Shown here: positions 27,030 through 39,948 of the stretch, piece by piece
Layout of the letters: each line of letters opens with the position of its first letter
Numbering within the stretch: the stretch's first letter is position 1
Origin: Chiloscyllium plagiosum
Lineage: Eukaryota
DNA length: 64,000 nucleotides
Direction of reading: 5' to 3'
Assembly: GCF_004010195.1 (NCBI RefSeq)
Contig: NC_057753.1
Span: 940,330 to 1,004,329 of the forward strand
Position numbers and translations under genes: made by a program
Notes under the pieces: model-generated
Databases searched by the model: none
Told to the model about the DNA's origin: nothing
What the model saw: the letters and a program-made list of their open reading frames with translations, nothing else

Positions 27030-27900
27030 GTTGGTGATGGGGAAATTCAGTGATTGTAATGCTATCAAGTAGTGATAGCAAGATCCGTTCTCGTTCAGAT
27101 GGTTATTAGCAGACCATGTGGGGTGCTCATGTTATTTGTCATTTTTCAGCCTAATTCTGGGCATTTTCCAGGTCATGCTGCATTTGGCCACATATTTCTT
27201 CAGTTTCTGAAGAGTTGTGAATTTTGCTGAATATTGAGTCTTCTTCAGCCAAATTCTACACGTCTGATCTGAAGATGTTGAATGCGGCAGCTAAAGATAG
27301 TTGACTTTTTTTATATTACACTGAGTAATTCTTGCAAAGATGTTCTGTAGCTGTAATATCTGGCTTCCAATAGCCACAGCCATCTCCCATTGTACTTGGT
27401 ATGACACCTACTCGTGAAGAGTTTTGATACCCATCAATTTCAGTTTTGTGAGGGCTTCTTCATTCTGCACGCGATCAAATGCGGCAGTGATAAGAAGTAT
27501 GGTGTCTCCTGCTTCCCCTCTAGAATTCAGCTCATTTGTCCATATCTGAACTAAGGCTGCACTGATTTCAGCAACTAAGCAGCCTTGGCAGAAGTCATAC
27601 TTACTGCAAAGCAATTGGTTCTTTTCAACACTGTTGAAGAGCCCGACTATTACTTTACCAGTGATCGAGATTATGCTGATTAGGTAATAATTGGTCAGAG
27701 TGGAACAGGAAATAGCGAGGGAATTTTCATCATTGCTGATAAGATGGCATTATTGTAGCTTTACTAGAACAACTTGGCTCGTGGGACAACAGGGTTTGGA
27801 GCACAGGTGTTGAGAACATTTGTCACAACGTTGTATGTCCTCATTGAATAATTCAGGGACCCCAAACGTTTGATGGCATGACCAGGAATGAATCGAAACT
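27030..27900 (-). mobile_element. LINE RT fragment, second CR1/L2-clade family
   Basis: ORF 27408..27614: WTNELNSRGE...ITAAFDRV...ALTKLKLMGI (DIKAAFDRV-like). Confidence 0.7.
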
Positions 27901-29257
27901 GAAGACTAGCGTATTTGATTTCTCAGGCCTCTGCAGGAGCAGAAACTTAATAAGAAATCTGACCACCTTCTCAGGTGAAATAATGAATGGGCAGTGAGTG
28001 CCGGCTGAACCATAATATACGTATCCCACGAATTAACCAATTAGAAAAGAGCAGTACTACAATTTTCGATGCACATATTTATTTTGACAGCAATAGCCAG
28101 GATGTGATTGGGATGACAATAAAACATAAGTTTACTTCCAAGCTTGGAATAATATCATGTTCTCTCACGAAGTTAAGAAGCTGCAATGGAACTTTCTGAC
28201 AGAAACGTGGGAGTTTCTCCTGAGAGATTGAAGTGATTCAAGAAGATGTCAGTCCATTATCTTCTCAAGGGTAATTTGGAATTATAACCAAAACAGGACT
28301 AACCTTACTTGCTTATTTACAAATGTAGAGTTGAAATATAAATTTAAACCAGGCTTATTACGCTATCAAAAAGATGTTATGTAGCCAATGTGCAGCTCGT
28401 GATAACGGATGTGCATTCTCCCCGGTCGGTGTTGTATTGAGGCAAATTCTCAATTGTTTAAATTGAAAAGATTATTCTGGACGGTTACTGATGTAAGGAC
28501 CATTAGTAATTAATTTTATGGGAGAGGAAAGGTAAATGATGTAAGAGAGAAGAAACAAGCCAGTTCCTTCTTTTAGTTCCCTTATGATACAGAAACATTG
28601 GGCCATTTGTGGCATCGGGGTGAACCCGGCTGTATGTTGCGGTGAACACTGCAATTATTTATTGGCTGAACTCCAGTTAGTATTTACGTTTTGAAAAGTT
28701 AAACATTTGAAACTGTGTTTATGCATTTGGTGGACTGCAGTTGCCTTGGTTTGTTGAATTGCATTCTCACATAAAGTATATCAAATCGTGTGCATGAAGT
28801 AATGAGGGTCGTTAAATCTACAAGCAAACTTACATTTACATAAGTGTGATCCCCGTTTCGTACTGGCTATGGAACTTCACAAGCAATGGGTTTACCTGTA
28901 GGCACTGCAGTGTAAGATATATAAGTACATATATTGTTCTAATCTTGGAAACTAATTCTGTTTTTACCCCGATACAGTTATTTAAGTATTCCATGTTTAA
29001 TATTCTTCCAGCACAATCCAAAATTGCTAATGCAGTCAGAACAAATTGGTTAGAATTGGCTTCCAGGAACACCAAGCTGCCGTGGATTCTGAATAGAGAC
29101 AAATTTCTGGGCTTTCTGGCGAAAATATTCTCCACAAACTTTTTGTTTGTAGGCTGACGCAACATTAGGGTTTTCTGTGTGCCTTACAGGTGGATGAATA
29201 AATTCTGATAGAAAATAGAGGAAAATTAGCAGATTGATGAAACCCCAAGTGAGTGTT

Positions 29258-30684
29258 ATAGAGTCATAGTGTCATAGAGATGTACATCATGGAAACAGAT
29301 CCTTCAGTCCAACCCATCCATGCCGACCAAATATCCCAACCCAATCTTGTCCCACCTACCAGCACTTGGCCCATATTCCTCCAAACCCTTCCTCTTCATA
29401 TACCCATCCAAATTCCTTTAAATGTTGCAATTCTAGCACCCTCCACGGCATCGTCTGGCAGCTCATTCCATACACGTACCACCCTCTGTGTGAAAAACGT
29501 TCACCCTTAGGTCGCTTTCATATCTTTCCCCTCTCACCCTAAACCCATTCCCTCTTGTTCTGGACTCTCCCACCCCAGGGAAATGACTTTGTCTATTTAC
29601 CCTATCCAAGCATCTCATAATTTTGTAAACGTCAGTAAAGTCACCCCTCAGCCTCCGATGCTCCAGGGAAGCCAGCCCCAGCCTGTTCAGCCTCTTCCTA
29701 TAGCTCAAATCCTCCAACCCTTGCTACATCCTTGCAAATATTTTCCGAACTCTTTCAAGTTTCACAACATCTTTCCGATAGGAAGGAGACCAGAATTACA
29801 CACAATATTCCAATAGTGGCCAAACCAATGACTTGTACAGGCGCAACATGACCTCCCACTCCTGTACTCAATACTTTGACCAATAAAAGAATGCATACCA
29901 AACACCGCCTTCACTATCTTATCGAACTGCGACTCCATTTTGAAGTAGCTCCGAAACTGCACTCTAAGGTTTCTTTGTTCAGCAACACTCTCTAGGACCT
30001 TAATTTAAGTATATAAGTTCTGCTAAGATTTGCTTTCCCAAAATGCAGCACCTCGCATGTATCCGTATTTAACTCCGTCTGCCAGTTCTCAGCCCATTGG
30101 CCCAACTGTTCAAGGTCCTGTTGTAATCTGAGGTAACCTTCTTCCCTGTCCATTACACCTCCAATTTTGGTGTCATCTGCAAACTTACCTACTGCACCTC
30201 TTATGCTCGCATCCAAATCATTTGTGAAAATGTCAAAAAGTAGAAGGCCCAGCACCGATCCTTGTGGCACTCCACTGGTCACAGGCCTCCTGTCTGAAAA
30301 ACAACCCTCCACCACCACCCTCTGTTTTCTGCCTTTGAGCCAGTTCTGTATCCAAATGGCTAGTTTTCCATGTAGTCCATGACATCTAACCTTGATAACC
30401 AGTCTCCCATGGGGAAACTTGCCAAACGCCTTACTGAAGTCCATAGAGATCACATTTACCGTTCTGCCCTTATCAATACTCTTTCTTACTTCAAAATATT
30501 CAATCAAGTTTGTTGGACATGATTCCCCACGCACAAAGCCATGCTGATTATCCATAATCAGTCCTTGACTTTCCAAATACATGTCCCTCAGGATTCCCTC
30601 CAACAACTTGCCCACCACCGACATCAGGCTCACTGGTCTATAATTCCCTGGCTTGGCCTTACTATCCTTCTTAAACAGTGCATT
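29258..30684 (-). mobile_element. CR1 LINE, 5'-truncated, RT domain largely open (231 aa)
   Basis: [46 protein letters not shown]; tail repeat (CATAGAGT) near 29258-29280. Confidence 0.96.
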
Positions 30685-30734
30685 CACAGTATTGGAAAAT
30701 AACCTGCAAAATGTGTCAATATTAAATCATTAGA

Positions 30735-33130
30735 CCTTAGGATATGGGAGATCAATAAGTTCACTTAGCATTCTCGATCAGTTCCAACATTCGATTATGG
30801 TTGACATGCTTCTCCACCCTGTTCTGCTTCCTTCTCCCCGTAACCCTTGATGCTCTTACTATGGAAGAATTGATCTCTGCCTTAAGTACAATCAATAATT
30901 TAGCCTCCACAGACTTCTGTGGCAAAGAGTTTCACCCACTTGCTGCAGAAATTCCTCTCCATTTCAGTTCTAAATTATCACCCTTTCACTCTGAGGCTGG
31001 GCCGGAGGATCTACGTCTGATATACGAGTGAAATTATCTTTTCCACATGCATTCTCTACAGTCTCTCAGTGTTCTGTCAAATTCAATGAGATCCCCTCTC
31101 ATCCTTCTTAAATGCATTGAGTGCAAAGGCAGAATCTTCAACTGCTCCTCTTTGATAAGGCCTGTATCCCCTGGATCACTCTTCCAAAATCAGTCTGGAT
31201 TCCTTCCAATGCCAGCACGACCCTACTTAGTTTGGAGCCCACAACTGCTCACACTTTTCCAAACGTGCTCCTTATCGAGCCATATACAGCATCAGAAGTA
31301 CATTCCCGTGCTTGTATTCTAGCACTTTTTATATGAATGCAGACATTTCATTTGCCTTCCACATGGCCACCTGAACCTACAGGTTTCAGAAGTCATTCTG
31401 AAATTATTTCTCATCTCTATTCTTCCATACAAAGTTCATAAACTCACATTTCCCCACATTACGTTCCATTAACAACTTATTTGCTCATTCCCCAGCCTGT
31501 CAAAGTCATTCAACACCCTCCTCCTTCCTCAATATAAATTTTCCCTCAACCGATCATTGTATCACCAGCCAATTTGGCAACAATTCCCTTTGTTTCCTCA
31601 TTCAGATCGATTTTGAATAAGGTGAATAGTTGTGGTCCCAACACTGACCCTGCAGAACTCCAATAGTCATTGGCTACCGTCCTGAAAATGACCTATTTGT
31701 CCACTCATTTTGGCTTCATCCAGTCAGTCATTTCTCCAGCTACGTCAGTACGTTACCCCGAACACCATGGCTCTTATCTTATTTAGCAGCCCACTGTGTT
31801 TGTCAACGTCATGGTGGAAATTCAAATAGATCATGTCCATTGCACTTCATTAGTCTTACTTGCTGGTTTCCTCCTTAAAGAATATTAAAAGATTTGTGAG
31901 CTATGACTCCCTACTGAAGAAGCTGTGCTGAACCAACCCTATTTTATCAGAATCCAAGTATTCTGCAATCTCACGTTGAATAATTGACTCTAAAATCTTA
32001 CGAACGAATGAGGTCAAGCGAACCAGTGTAATTGCTCAGTCTTCCGACTGCCTCTCTTCTTAAACAGCAGTTAACGTTAGTCATTTTCCAATACTCTAGA
32101 AGCCTCCCCAACTCCATGTATTCCTAAAAAGTCACCACCAATGCCTTCGTGATCTCTTTAGTTTTCTCCTTCAGACGCTGGGATTTATTCCATCTTGTTC
32201 AGGTGACTTATCCATCTTTCAAAATTTCAGGTTCGGCAGCACTTTCTCCTCAGTGATGGACTCTACAATCACCTCTGCTCGTTTACACTTGAGAAGTTTC
32301 TGTATGTTACTAGAAACTTGCACTTTGAAGACTGTAGGACGGTCCCCATTCAAATACTCCACAATTTGTTGGTTCATAATTTCTGCTTTTCCAGTCTCAT
32401 CTTCCATTGGCCCATTGTCCATTTTTGCCTCTCTCTTACCTTTTATATATCTAAACAAAGTTCTTGTAATTTTTTACAATCCAAGCTAGCTTTTTCTGAC
32501 ATCTCATCTTTCCCCCTTATTCAGTTTCCTACCGCTGCTTTTAGAGGTTTTCCAATCCTCTCTTTTCCCACGCACCTTCACATTCTATCTTTTCCTTTTC
32601 TGCTGTCTCTGATTTCCTTTGTCAACCATGATTGCCTCGTCCTCAGCTTCGTATGTTTCGCCTTCCTTGGGCTGTGCGTCCCGAATTGCCTCAGAAACTC
32701 CTGCCGTTTCTCTCTGGCATCTTCTTGCTAACCTTCCCTTCGAATAAAGTCTGGCCAGCATTCCCTTCATGTCTATTTGGTTACTTTCACTCAATTAAAT
32801 ACCATGACATCTGTTTCAAGGTTCTCTCTCTCTCAAACTGCAGGGTGAATTACATCACATTATGTTTATTGCCCTCGAGTAGTTCGATTATTTGAATTCT
32901 CATTCAATGCTGTCCCAACCGAGAGTATTAAATGCAGAATTTCTTGCTCACTGGAGAGCTCTATCACAAGCTGCACAAAAAAAATACTCGTGGACATTTT
33001 ATGAGTTCTTTTTCATGGTATCCGGTAAGAACCTGATTTTCCTAGTCTAACAGAATATTGAAACTCCCCCATGATTATTGCAATTGTGTCTTTCTTACAT
33101 CCCTTTCGTACTTCCGAATTTATTTCCTGG
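30735..33130 (-). mobile_element. Older CR1 LINE (ORF2, degenerate)
   Basis: Continuous degenerate ORF2 similarity, e.g. FRYIKGKREAKMDNGPMEDETG. Confidence 0.8.
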
Positions 33131-34171
33131 CCCACATATTATTAACGTTGTTGTAGTAACAACAAGGCTCAAGTCAGTGAGATGAATTTGAAGCATAAGC
33201 AAATGTAAAAGAATTCTGATTATTTAACTGGTCGAACCCAAGAGTCGCTTGCATAATTGTGATTCCACACCCTCCTCAGAAATAAAACTAATGATTCGAC
33301 AACTTTCAACTGTAAAATTTCTGTCTTGCTTAATCGCCTGGTTTGTGGTTGCATCAAATGTTGCAGATAGCTTATCTGGAACCAGCATTCAAAGTCATTT
33401 CAATTCCATTAATTCACTACCTTTGGTAAAGAACAACGAGCCAATATTTTACTGATATTCTGTCCTGCACGCATTATTTGAAGAAAAGGTGATCTCCCTG
33501 AACATTCCTTGTGCTAGTCACAGCTTTTGAATTAACTGATTCGTCACAGGAGACCAAACGTGAATAGAATGCCATTACTCTCTTTCTTAGATAAGTGTTT
33601 ATTCTATGCCATGTTCGTATCTAGCTACGTTTACTTTCTGCACCGACGGGTATCAAATGATCTAGGAGATATCATCCTCGGGATTCATACACTAGATCAC
33701 CACGGTGGCAAGAAAATCGAATGGATTTCTGCAAATATGTACCAGATTTTCCATGTTCTACTGAAGATAAATCATTTTCACATATCAAGAGCACAATCAT
33801 ACCAAAGACCAAATTATTTCCGGCCTTTCATTGGCCTTAATTGCGAGACATTTCGAGCAGGGATGTATTGTTGCAGTTATACTGGGCCTTTTTGAGCCCA
33901 CACCTGGAATATTGTGTGCAGTTCTGGGGATGGCGAGGTTGACGTATGAGGAGAGATTGATTAGTTTAGGATTGTTTTCACTGTATTTCAGATGCAGGAC
34001 TGGACATCTCTTTAAGAATTATAAAATTCTAACAGGACTAACCTGGGTTAGTCCAGAACCATTGGTTAGAGTCTGCGGTTTCGAGGTGGACCATTTAGGA
34101 CGGAGATGAGGAGACATTTCTTCATCAACGAGTGGAGAGCCACTGGAATTCATTGCCACATGAAGTAGCTG

Positions 34172-35885
34172 TAGAAACATAGAGATATACAGCATGGAAA
34201 CAGACACATTGGTGCAATTCGTCCACACCATACAGATACCCTAAATAAATCTACTCCCGTTTGCCAGTACTTGACCCATATTCCTCCAAACCCTTCCTAT
34301 ACATGTACTCATCCAAATGCGTTTGAAATGTGGGAACTGTACCAGCCTCCACCACGTCATCTGATAACTAATTCCATACTCGTGCCACCCTCTCAATGCA
34401 ATAAGTTTCCCCATAGATCTCTTTTTAAATCTTTACACTTTCAGTCTAAACCTGTGCCCTCCAGTTATGGGCTCCCCCAACCCAGGGAACAGACCTTGTC
34501 TATTGACTCTATCTATGCCTCTCATGATTTTAGAAACCTCTTTCAAGTCACCCTTCATCCGCCAACGCACCTGAAAAAAAAAACAACCTCAACCTATTCA
34601 GCCTCACCCGCTAGCTCAAACACTTCAACGCTGGCAACATCCTTGCAAATATTTTCTGAAACATTTCAAATTTCACAGCGTCCTACCCATTGGAGGGAGA
34701 CCAGAATTGCAATAAATGTTCCAAAAGTGGCCTAAACAACATCCTGTACAACCGCAACATTATCTCCTAACTCCTATGCTCAATGCACTGACCAGTGAAG
34801 GCAAGCATACCAAACTCCTTCTTCATTATCCTATCTAACTACGAACCAAATTAAAGGAACTATGAACCTGCACTTCAAGATATCTTTGTTCAGCCGCTCT
34901 CTCCAGGACCTTGCCATTAAGTGTGTAAGTCCTGCTCTGATTTGCCTTTCTAAAATGCAACAACTCACATTTATCTAAATTAAACTGCGTCAGCCATCAC
35001 ACGGCCGATTGGCCCATCTGGGTAAAAACAATGACTGCAGATGCTGGAAACCAGATTCTGGATTAGTGGTGCTGGAAGAGCACAGCAGTTCAGGCAGTAT
35101 GCGAAGAGCAGTGAAGGGCAAAAGCCCTTCATCAGGAATAAAGGCCAAGAGCCTGAAGCGTGGAGATATAAGCTAGAGGAGGGTGGGGGTGGGGAGAAAG
35201 TAGCATAGAATACAATAGGTGAGTGGGGGAGGGGTGAAGGTGATAGGTCAGGGAGGAGAGGGTGGAGTGGATCATATCCTCGGCAGAGTGGGAGGGGGAG
35301 TTGAAATATTGAGTCACTGGGCGATTTGGTTGATTGGTGTGGGTGTCTCGGAGATGTTCCCTAAAGCGCTCTGCTAGGAGGCGTCCAGTCTCCCCAATGT
35401 AGAGGAGACCGCATCGGGAGCAACGGATACAATAAATGATATTAGTGGATGTGCAGGTAAAACTTTGATGGATGTGGAAGGCTCCTTTAGGGCCTTGGAT
35501 GGAGGTGAGGGAGGAGGTGTGGGCGCAGGTTTTGCAGTTCCTGTGGTGGCAGGAGAAGGTGCCAGGATGGGAGGGTGGGTTGTAGGGGACGTGGACCTGA
35601 CCAGGTAGTCACGGAGGGAACGGTCATTGCGGAAGGCGGAGAGGGGTGGGGACAGAAATATATCCCTGGTCTGATCAACATCCCGTTGAACGCTGAGGTA
35701 ATGTTCTTCGCCACCCACTACCCCTTCAATTTTTGTATCATCTGCAAACTTACTAAGTCTGACCACCATTTTCACAGTCAAACTATTTTTTTTTTAAATG
35801 ACGAAAAGCAGTGGACCCGAACCAATTCTTGTGGCACAACACTGGCCCCATGCCTCCAGCCTGAAAAGTAATACTCTGCCATCAC
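34172..35885 (-). mobile_element. CR1 LINE nested in the previous element and itself split by a Penelope element
   Basis: Homologous to 29270-30320. Sequence GGCCCATCTG (35011-35020) resumes as TCTGATCAACATCCCG at 35670. Confidence 0.88.
35021..35669 (-). mobile_element. Penelope-like retroelement, 5'-truncated, GIY-YIG endonuclease region plus 3' terminal repeat
   Basis: Minus-strand translation PGTFSCHHRNCKTCAH...FTCTSTNIIYCIRCSRCGLLYIGETGRLLAERFREHLRDT (GIY-YIG signature with Cys motifs); TCTG duplicated at the flanks. Confidence 0.92.
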
Positions 35886-37389
35886 CCAAACTATTAAAAG
35901 TATTCAAGAGGCTACTAGGAATAACACTTGGGACAAATGGAATCAAACCTTAAAAAAGAAAACACGATTAGGCTATTGAATTGATTGTGCTGAATGCTGG
36001 AGTTGGCTCAAGGTCTGAAGGACCTCCTCCTGCTCCTAGACTGTTTCTTATTTGTGTTTCCTACATTTTCCTTTTAATGTTATTCTATTTATTGAACGTC
36101 AAGTTCATGTTGTCTTGTTCACATCAAGATATTGTTTCACTTATCCTGTCGCAGACTATTTCAAGAAACCAAAGACAAAAACAGGTGGAGTTGTACTAAT
36201 TTGAAAACTGCACATATTGAGTAGGCAGCTCCTCCAACATTTTAAAGGAACACAGATTGACCAGCAGTGAATCCCCTAATCATACAACTACCAGTCTAGG
36301 TAGATAATGTATTACAGTCACCACATTTTTAAGAATTCAGTATGAGACATCACTTTATCTGAATCTGGACTAATGTCCATTTCTTTCCTCGTTGAAGAGT
36401 ATCTATAACAAGCAGAAAACCGAAGCTAATGCCTGGGGAGTCTCACTCATTTCTTAAATCCTGATGCGGACTTCCCAATAGTACCGGGTTGTTAACAATG
36501 TACTTTCAGGCAACTCCTATTTCCAGTTTCTAAGGATGACAGAGATAGAAAGTCAACTGCGCCAAGTGTCTAACAGGCCACGAAATCTCTTGTACACGAC
36601 TTCCATCTAATAATTCATAAAATATACTGTCCCCAGAGATATAAATCCAATGTTCAAGTAGAATGCCCAGGAAGCTTCCGTAAAAACTGGGATTGGCAGA
36701 CGTTTCAAAATGTACATTGCATGCCATTGATTAAATGTCTCCTCTTTCGTAAATACAATGGAACTCCACTGAGCACAGGTGGAACTGGGTAACCTCTCAA
36801 AATGATGACATAAAAGCTGTGTAAGGACATTCCAGACATGTGAAAAAAAAAACAATACGTACACTGCTAAACTATTCACTTCAATCAGAACAACCGTCAT
36901 TCCTCAAAGTTCTGAAGAATTTAGTATCAATTTACTTTGTTCCACACAGTAAACATTTTCAACTCCCAATCCACCTATTTATTTCTACCAATACGTTTCG
37001 ACATATCAGGCATAAAAATACTAGGATTAATTCATCACATAAATGCCTAATGTCCTGTGAGTGTCCATTCAAATGTAGTGTCATATAAGTGGAACTGATA
37101 ACGCCTTGAAAAGTTTAGTGTTTAGTCAAACACGAGCCCATGAAGTAATATGAAAGGAAAAAGTCATTATGACTTTAAATACCTTGTGAGGTTTCAGAAT
37201 ATTTTCCTGAAACATTATTAACAACGGATCACTCCAAATTCGATGGAATGTTTGGTTTTCATGCTTACTTAAATTAAAAAGCTATTATTGAGGAGCAACT
37301 CAGCGAATAATGTGCTAATACCATGCCATGGATCATTGTGTTCCAGGATAAAATTTAAAACGCACGGATCAACAATAAAGCATATTATC

Positions 37390-38090
37390 ATAATGTTGAG
37401 AAAGCATAAAATTCTGACATGCAGAGAGATCTGTCTGTCATAGTGTATAAACCACAGGCTTTTGATATCCAGTTCCAGACACTAATCAGGAAAGTAAAAG
37501 GGAAGTGATGTGAATTTGTGACGGCCATTTCCTGCAACTGTAGAGAGGTTATGCTTCAGTTACACAGGGCATTTCTAAGATTAAAAAAAACTGATATACA
37601 TTGTACAGTACTGGTCACTGCATTTATGGAAAACGTTAATAAGAAAGCAGAGATCATCGCCTTCTGAAAAAAGTATAGACAGGCGAGGTCTGTACACTCA
37701 GGAGTTAAAGTGAGTCAGAGGTAACTTAACTCAAACATATAAGTGCTGAGGAACATTGGCTAGATCGATGGCGAAAGCTTGTTTCCTTTAGTGGGAGCTT
37801 CAAGAAAAAGAATCGTTGTTTTAACACAAGAACTCGCCCAGTTAAGACAGATATGAAAGAGAAATAACTACTAGGGCATTTGTGTGTGTTTGGAAAGATA
37901 GACAACACATAATGTTTTTAAAAAAATATTTGTAAGGAAAAGGTAAATGGATGACTCTTGATTCCAATGGGATTAAACATTATTGAGTATGCAGGAATGT
38001 CGAGTTGAGGTTAAAGTCAGATCTGCGCTAACCTAATCGAATGCTGAACAGGGCAGAAACTCAGGATGGCCTACTCTTGTTGCCTCTTCT
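37390..38090 (+). mobile_element. Old CR1 3' fragment
   Basis: GCAGAGAGATCTG..., GAGGTTATGCTTCAGTTACACAGGGCATT..., degenerate. Confidence 0.65.
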
Positions 38091-38194
38091 GAAGACATAA
38101 ACGGAATATAATCAGGAAGCAATTAGATGTTAATTAATTTCAACCAAGCAGCATCAAGAACTCCTCTGCTCCCTCCACCCCACCTCCATAAGAC

Positions 38195-38370
38195 AAACTG
38201 CATGCGAGAATGCTGGAAAGTCTGAATTAAAAAGACCACATAGAATACACTGGAAATGCTCAACAATGTTCGCAGTATCTGAGTAGAGCAAACCAAAGTT
38301 AAGAATTCATGTCATGTGATTTAATCGGAGCCCTTCTGATGAAATTTCACGATGTGAAACAACAACACTT
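38195..38370. repeat. Old short interspersed repeat related to Penelope-type ends (similar copies ~47460-47560, ~59310-59430)
   Basis: Shared ..CTGGAAA..CTCA(A/G)CA....GGCAG(C/A)AT(C/T)T.. core; CTGATGA at ~38336. Confidence 0.45.
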
Positions 38371-39630
38371 GGAAATGATTTCACTGCGTCACAACACTGT
38401 TTACGAGGGTGTGCCTTTTGCCCCTACGGCGGAGTTTACATTTAAACGTGTGTGCACGGCTCCTGTTTCCAGATTCTGCAACCTCTCGAAGTTCTCTTTC
38501 TCGATGGAAACGTTTTCCACCTGTTCATAATTCAAACGTGTTTTATGTGGTCAATAATTGCAATTCTTTGAACAAAGAAAGCTCAATCTTCGTGTATTCC
38601 ACAAACCAATATTTCCACATGTCAGTCAACTTTCGAGGGTATCTCTGGTGCAAGTTTTGAAATCACAGCATGCAAACTCTTGGCTGGAGTCGATCGCTGA
38701 ATTCTAATGTAATGTTGTGATTTATTATTTTCAGCATTTTGTACTGATTTAATTAACACGAAGTGGAATTTTATTTGACTATTTGTAGATTCTGACCCAA
38801 TGCACAAAAAGAAGCCTTCCCCAATGGAATAAAGCACTACTGCCAATTCAAAGCATGTTGAATCCTCTTTTGATTAAAAAGCTACAAAAAAGCTTTTTTT
38901 TATAATTCACAGTGACTTCCATCTTCTACTTTTAAACTAAATCACGCCAGTCTACCAGTTTCTCTTTGATTTTCGAAATTGTTAGCCATAATTCGTAACT
39001 GATTAGAACATTCAAATTTCAGCAGCACTGTCTCTAGGGTTATACCCAGGTGGTGATGTCAATGTGACTGGAGGTTTCCCCAGAAAAACAGTTCATTTGT
39101 GAAGCTTCTATGTATTTTTATTTGGGCTGAATATCGCCTTTTTTTGTCTTTTCTCTTTTCTGAACTCTTACATTGACTTCACTGTCCAGTTTCGAATTTT
39201 GCCTTCTGGAAAATCTACACTTACATTCATTTCTATTTATTAGTCAAAGACATTCAAAGTTCAATACACATTTCATCAGATATTTTTAAGGAACGAAACA
39301 CAACAAATAAAGCAGATGTTTCAATGTTATGGTTCTGGCGAGCATGGCATGTATACGTATGGCTACGTGGCCACACAATTGTCAGATTTCACCGTATGTG
39401 GGCTTTCAGTCTTAATTAATTAAGTGTGCCACTTTGTTCAGGAATTCGCTGTTAGAACTTGAGAGGTTTTCCCAGAAATGAAATGAAAATGTCACCAAGT
39501 TAAAACTCAAGGAAATTAAGCACATGCTGCTAATCTCTCCATTCTAAATTGACGCAGATTTCCATGATGTGAATATGGTTATTCGGCGCAAAGCTCAGCC
39601 CATCACAATCCGTGAGTTTGAATAATCGTG

Positions 39631-39754
39631 ATTGGTCTTTCGTTCCACACCATGCAAATAAACACAATCTCACGAGGTTTATAAAGTCGGTGCTCCGATA
39701 CACACTGCTTCACAGAACAGGTGGTATTGAAATCCAGCCTTGGCTGCATATAAA
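39631..39754 (+). promoter_or_regulatory. Putative IgNAR V promoter: ATTGG (reverse CCAAT) 39631-39635, octamer ATGCAAAT 39652-39659, TATAAA 39680-39685 and 39749-39754
   Basis: Exact motifs read from sequence. The octamer lies 20 bp upstream of a TATAAA and ~120 bp upstream of the leader ATG, the classical Ig VH promoter arrangement. Confidence 0.7.
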
Positions 39755-39778
39755 GTTCTGTCTGTTGGTGCATAAACA

Positions 39779-39821
39779 ATGAATAATTTCTTGTTTTCGT
39801 GCCTTTTAGCCTGGTTACCAA
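39779..39821 (+). CDS. IgNAR: IgNAR leader (signal peptide) exon, [14 protein letters not shown](N)
   Basis: ATG at 39779, 14 codons plus 1 nt, then donor GTAAGT at 39822. Resembles the IgNAR leader MNIFLLSVLLALLPNVFT and splices in frame to the V exon (A+AT=Asn). Confidence 0.93.
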
Positions 39822-39948
39822 GTAAGTACTGTTTCTCATAGATACTACTCCTATAAAGACCGTGTTTATATTATTGAAATGTCGTTCTCTGAAACTCTCC
39901 TTTTGATAGATAAATGGCATGTATTAAATATATTTTTTCTTCATCCAG

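Larger units (their letters stand above)
33800..36050 (+). mobile_element. Old CR1 3' fragment interrupted by nested insertions (arms ~33800-34170 and ~35890-36050)
   Basis: CCACACCTGGAATATTGTGTGCAGTTCTGG on the left; CR1 3' terminus resumes at ~35890. Confidence 0.65.

Noticed and set aside
1-39000. Additional Ig V, C or TM exons or another host gene upstream of the cluster
   Set aside because: None recognised by eye; ORFs are LINE remnants or short random frames. Small or very degenerate exons could have been missed.
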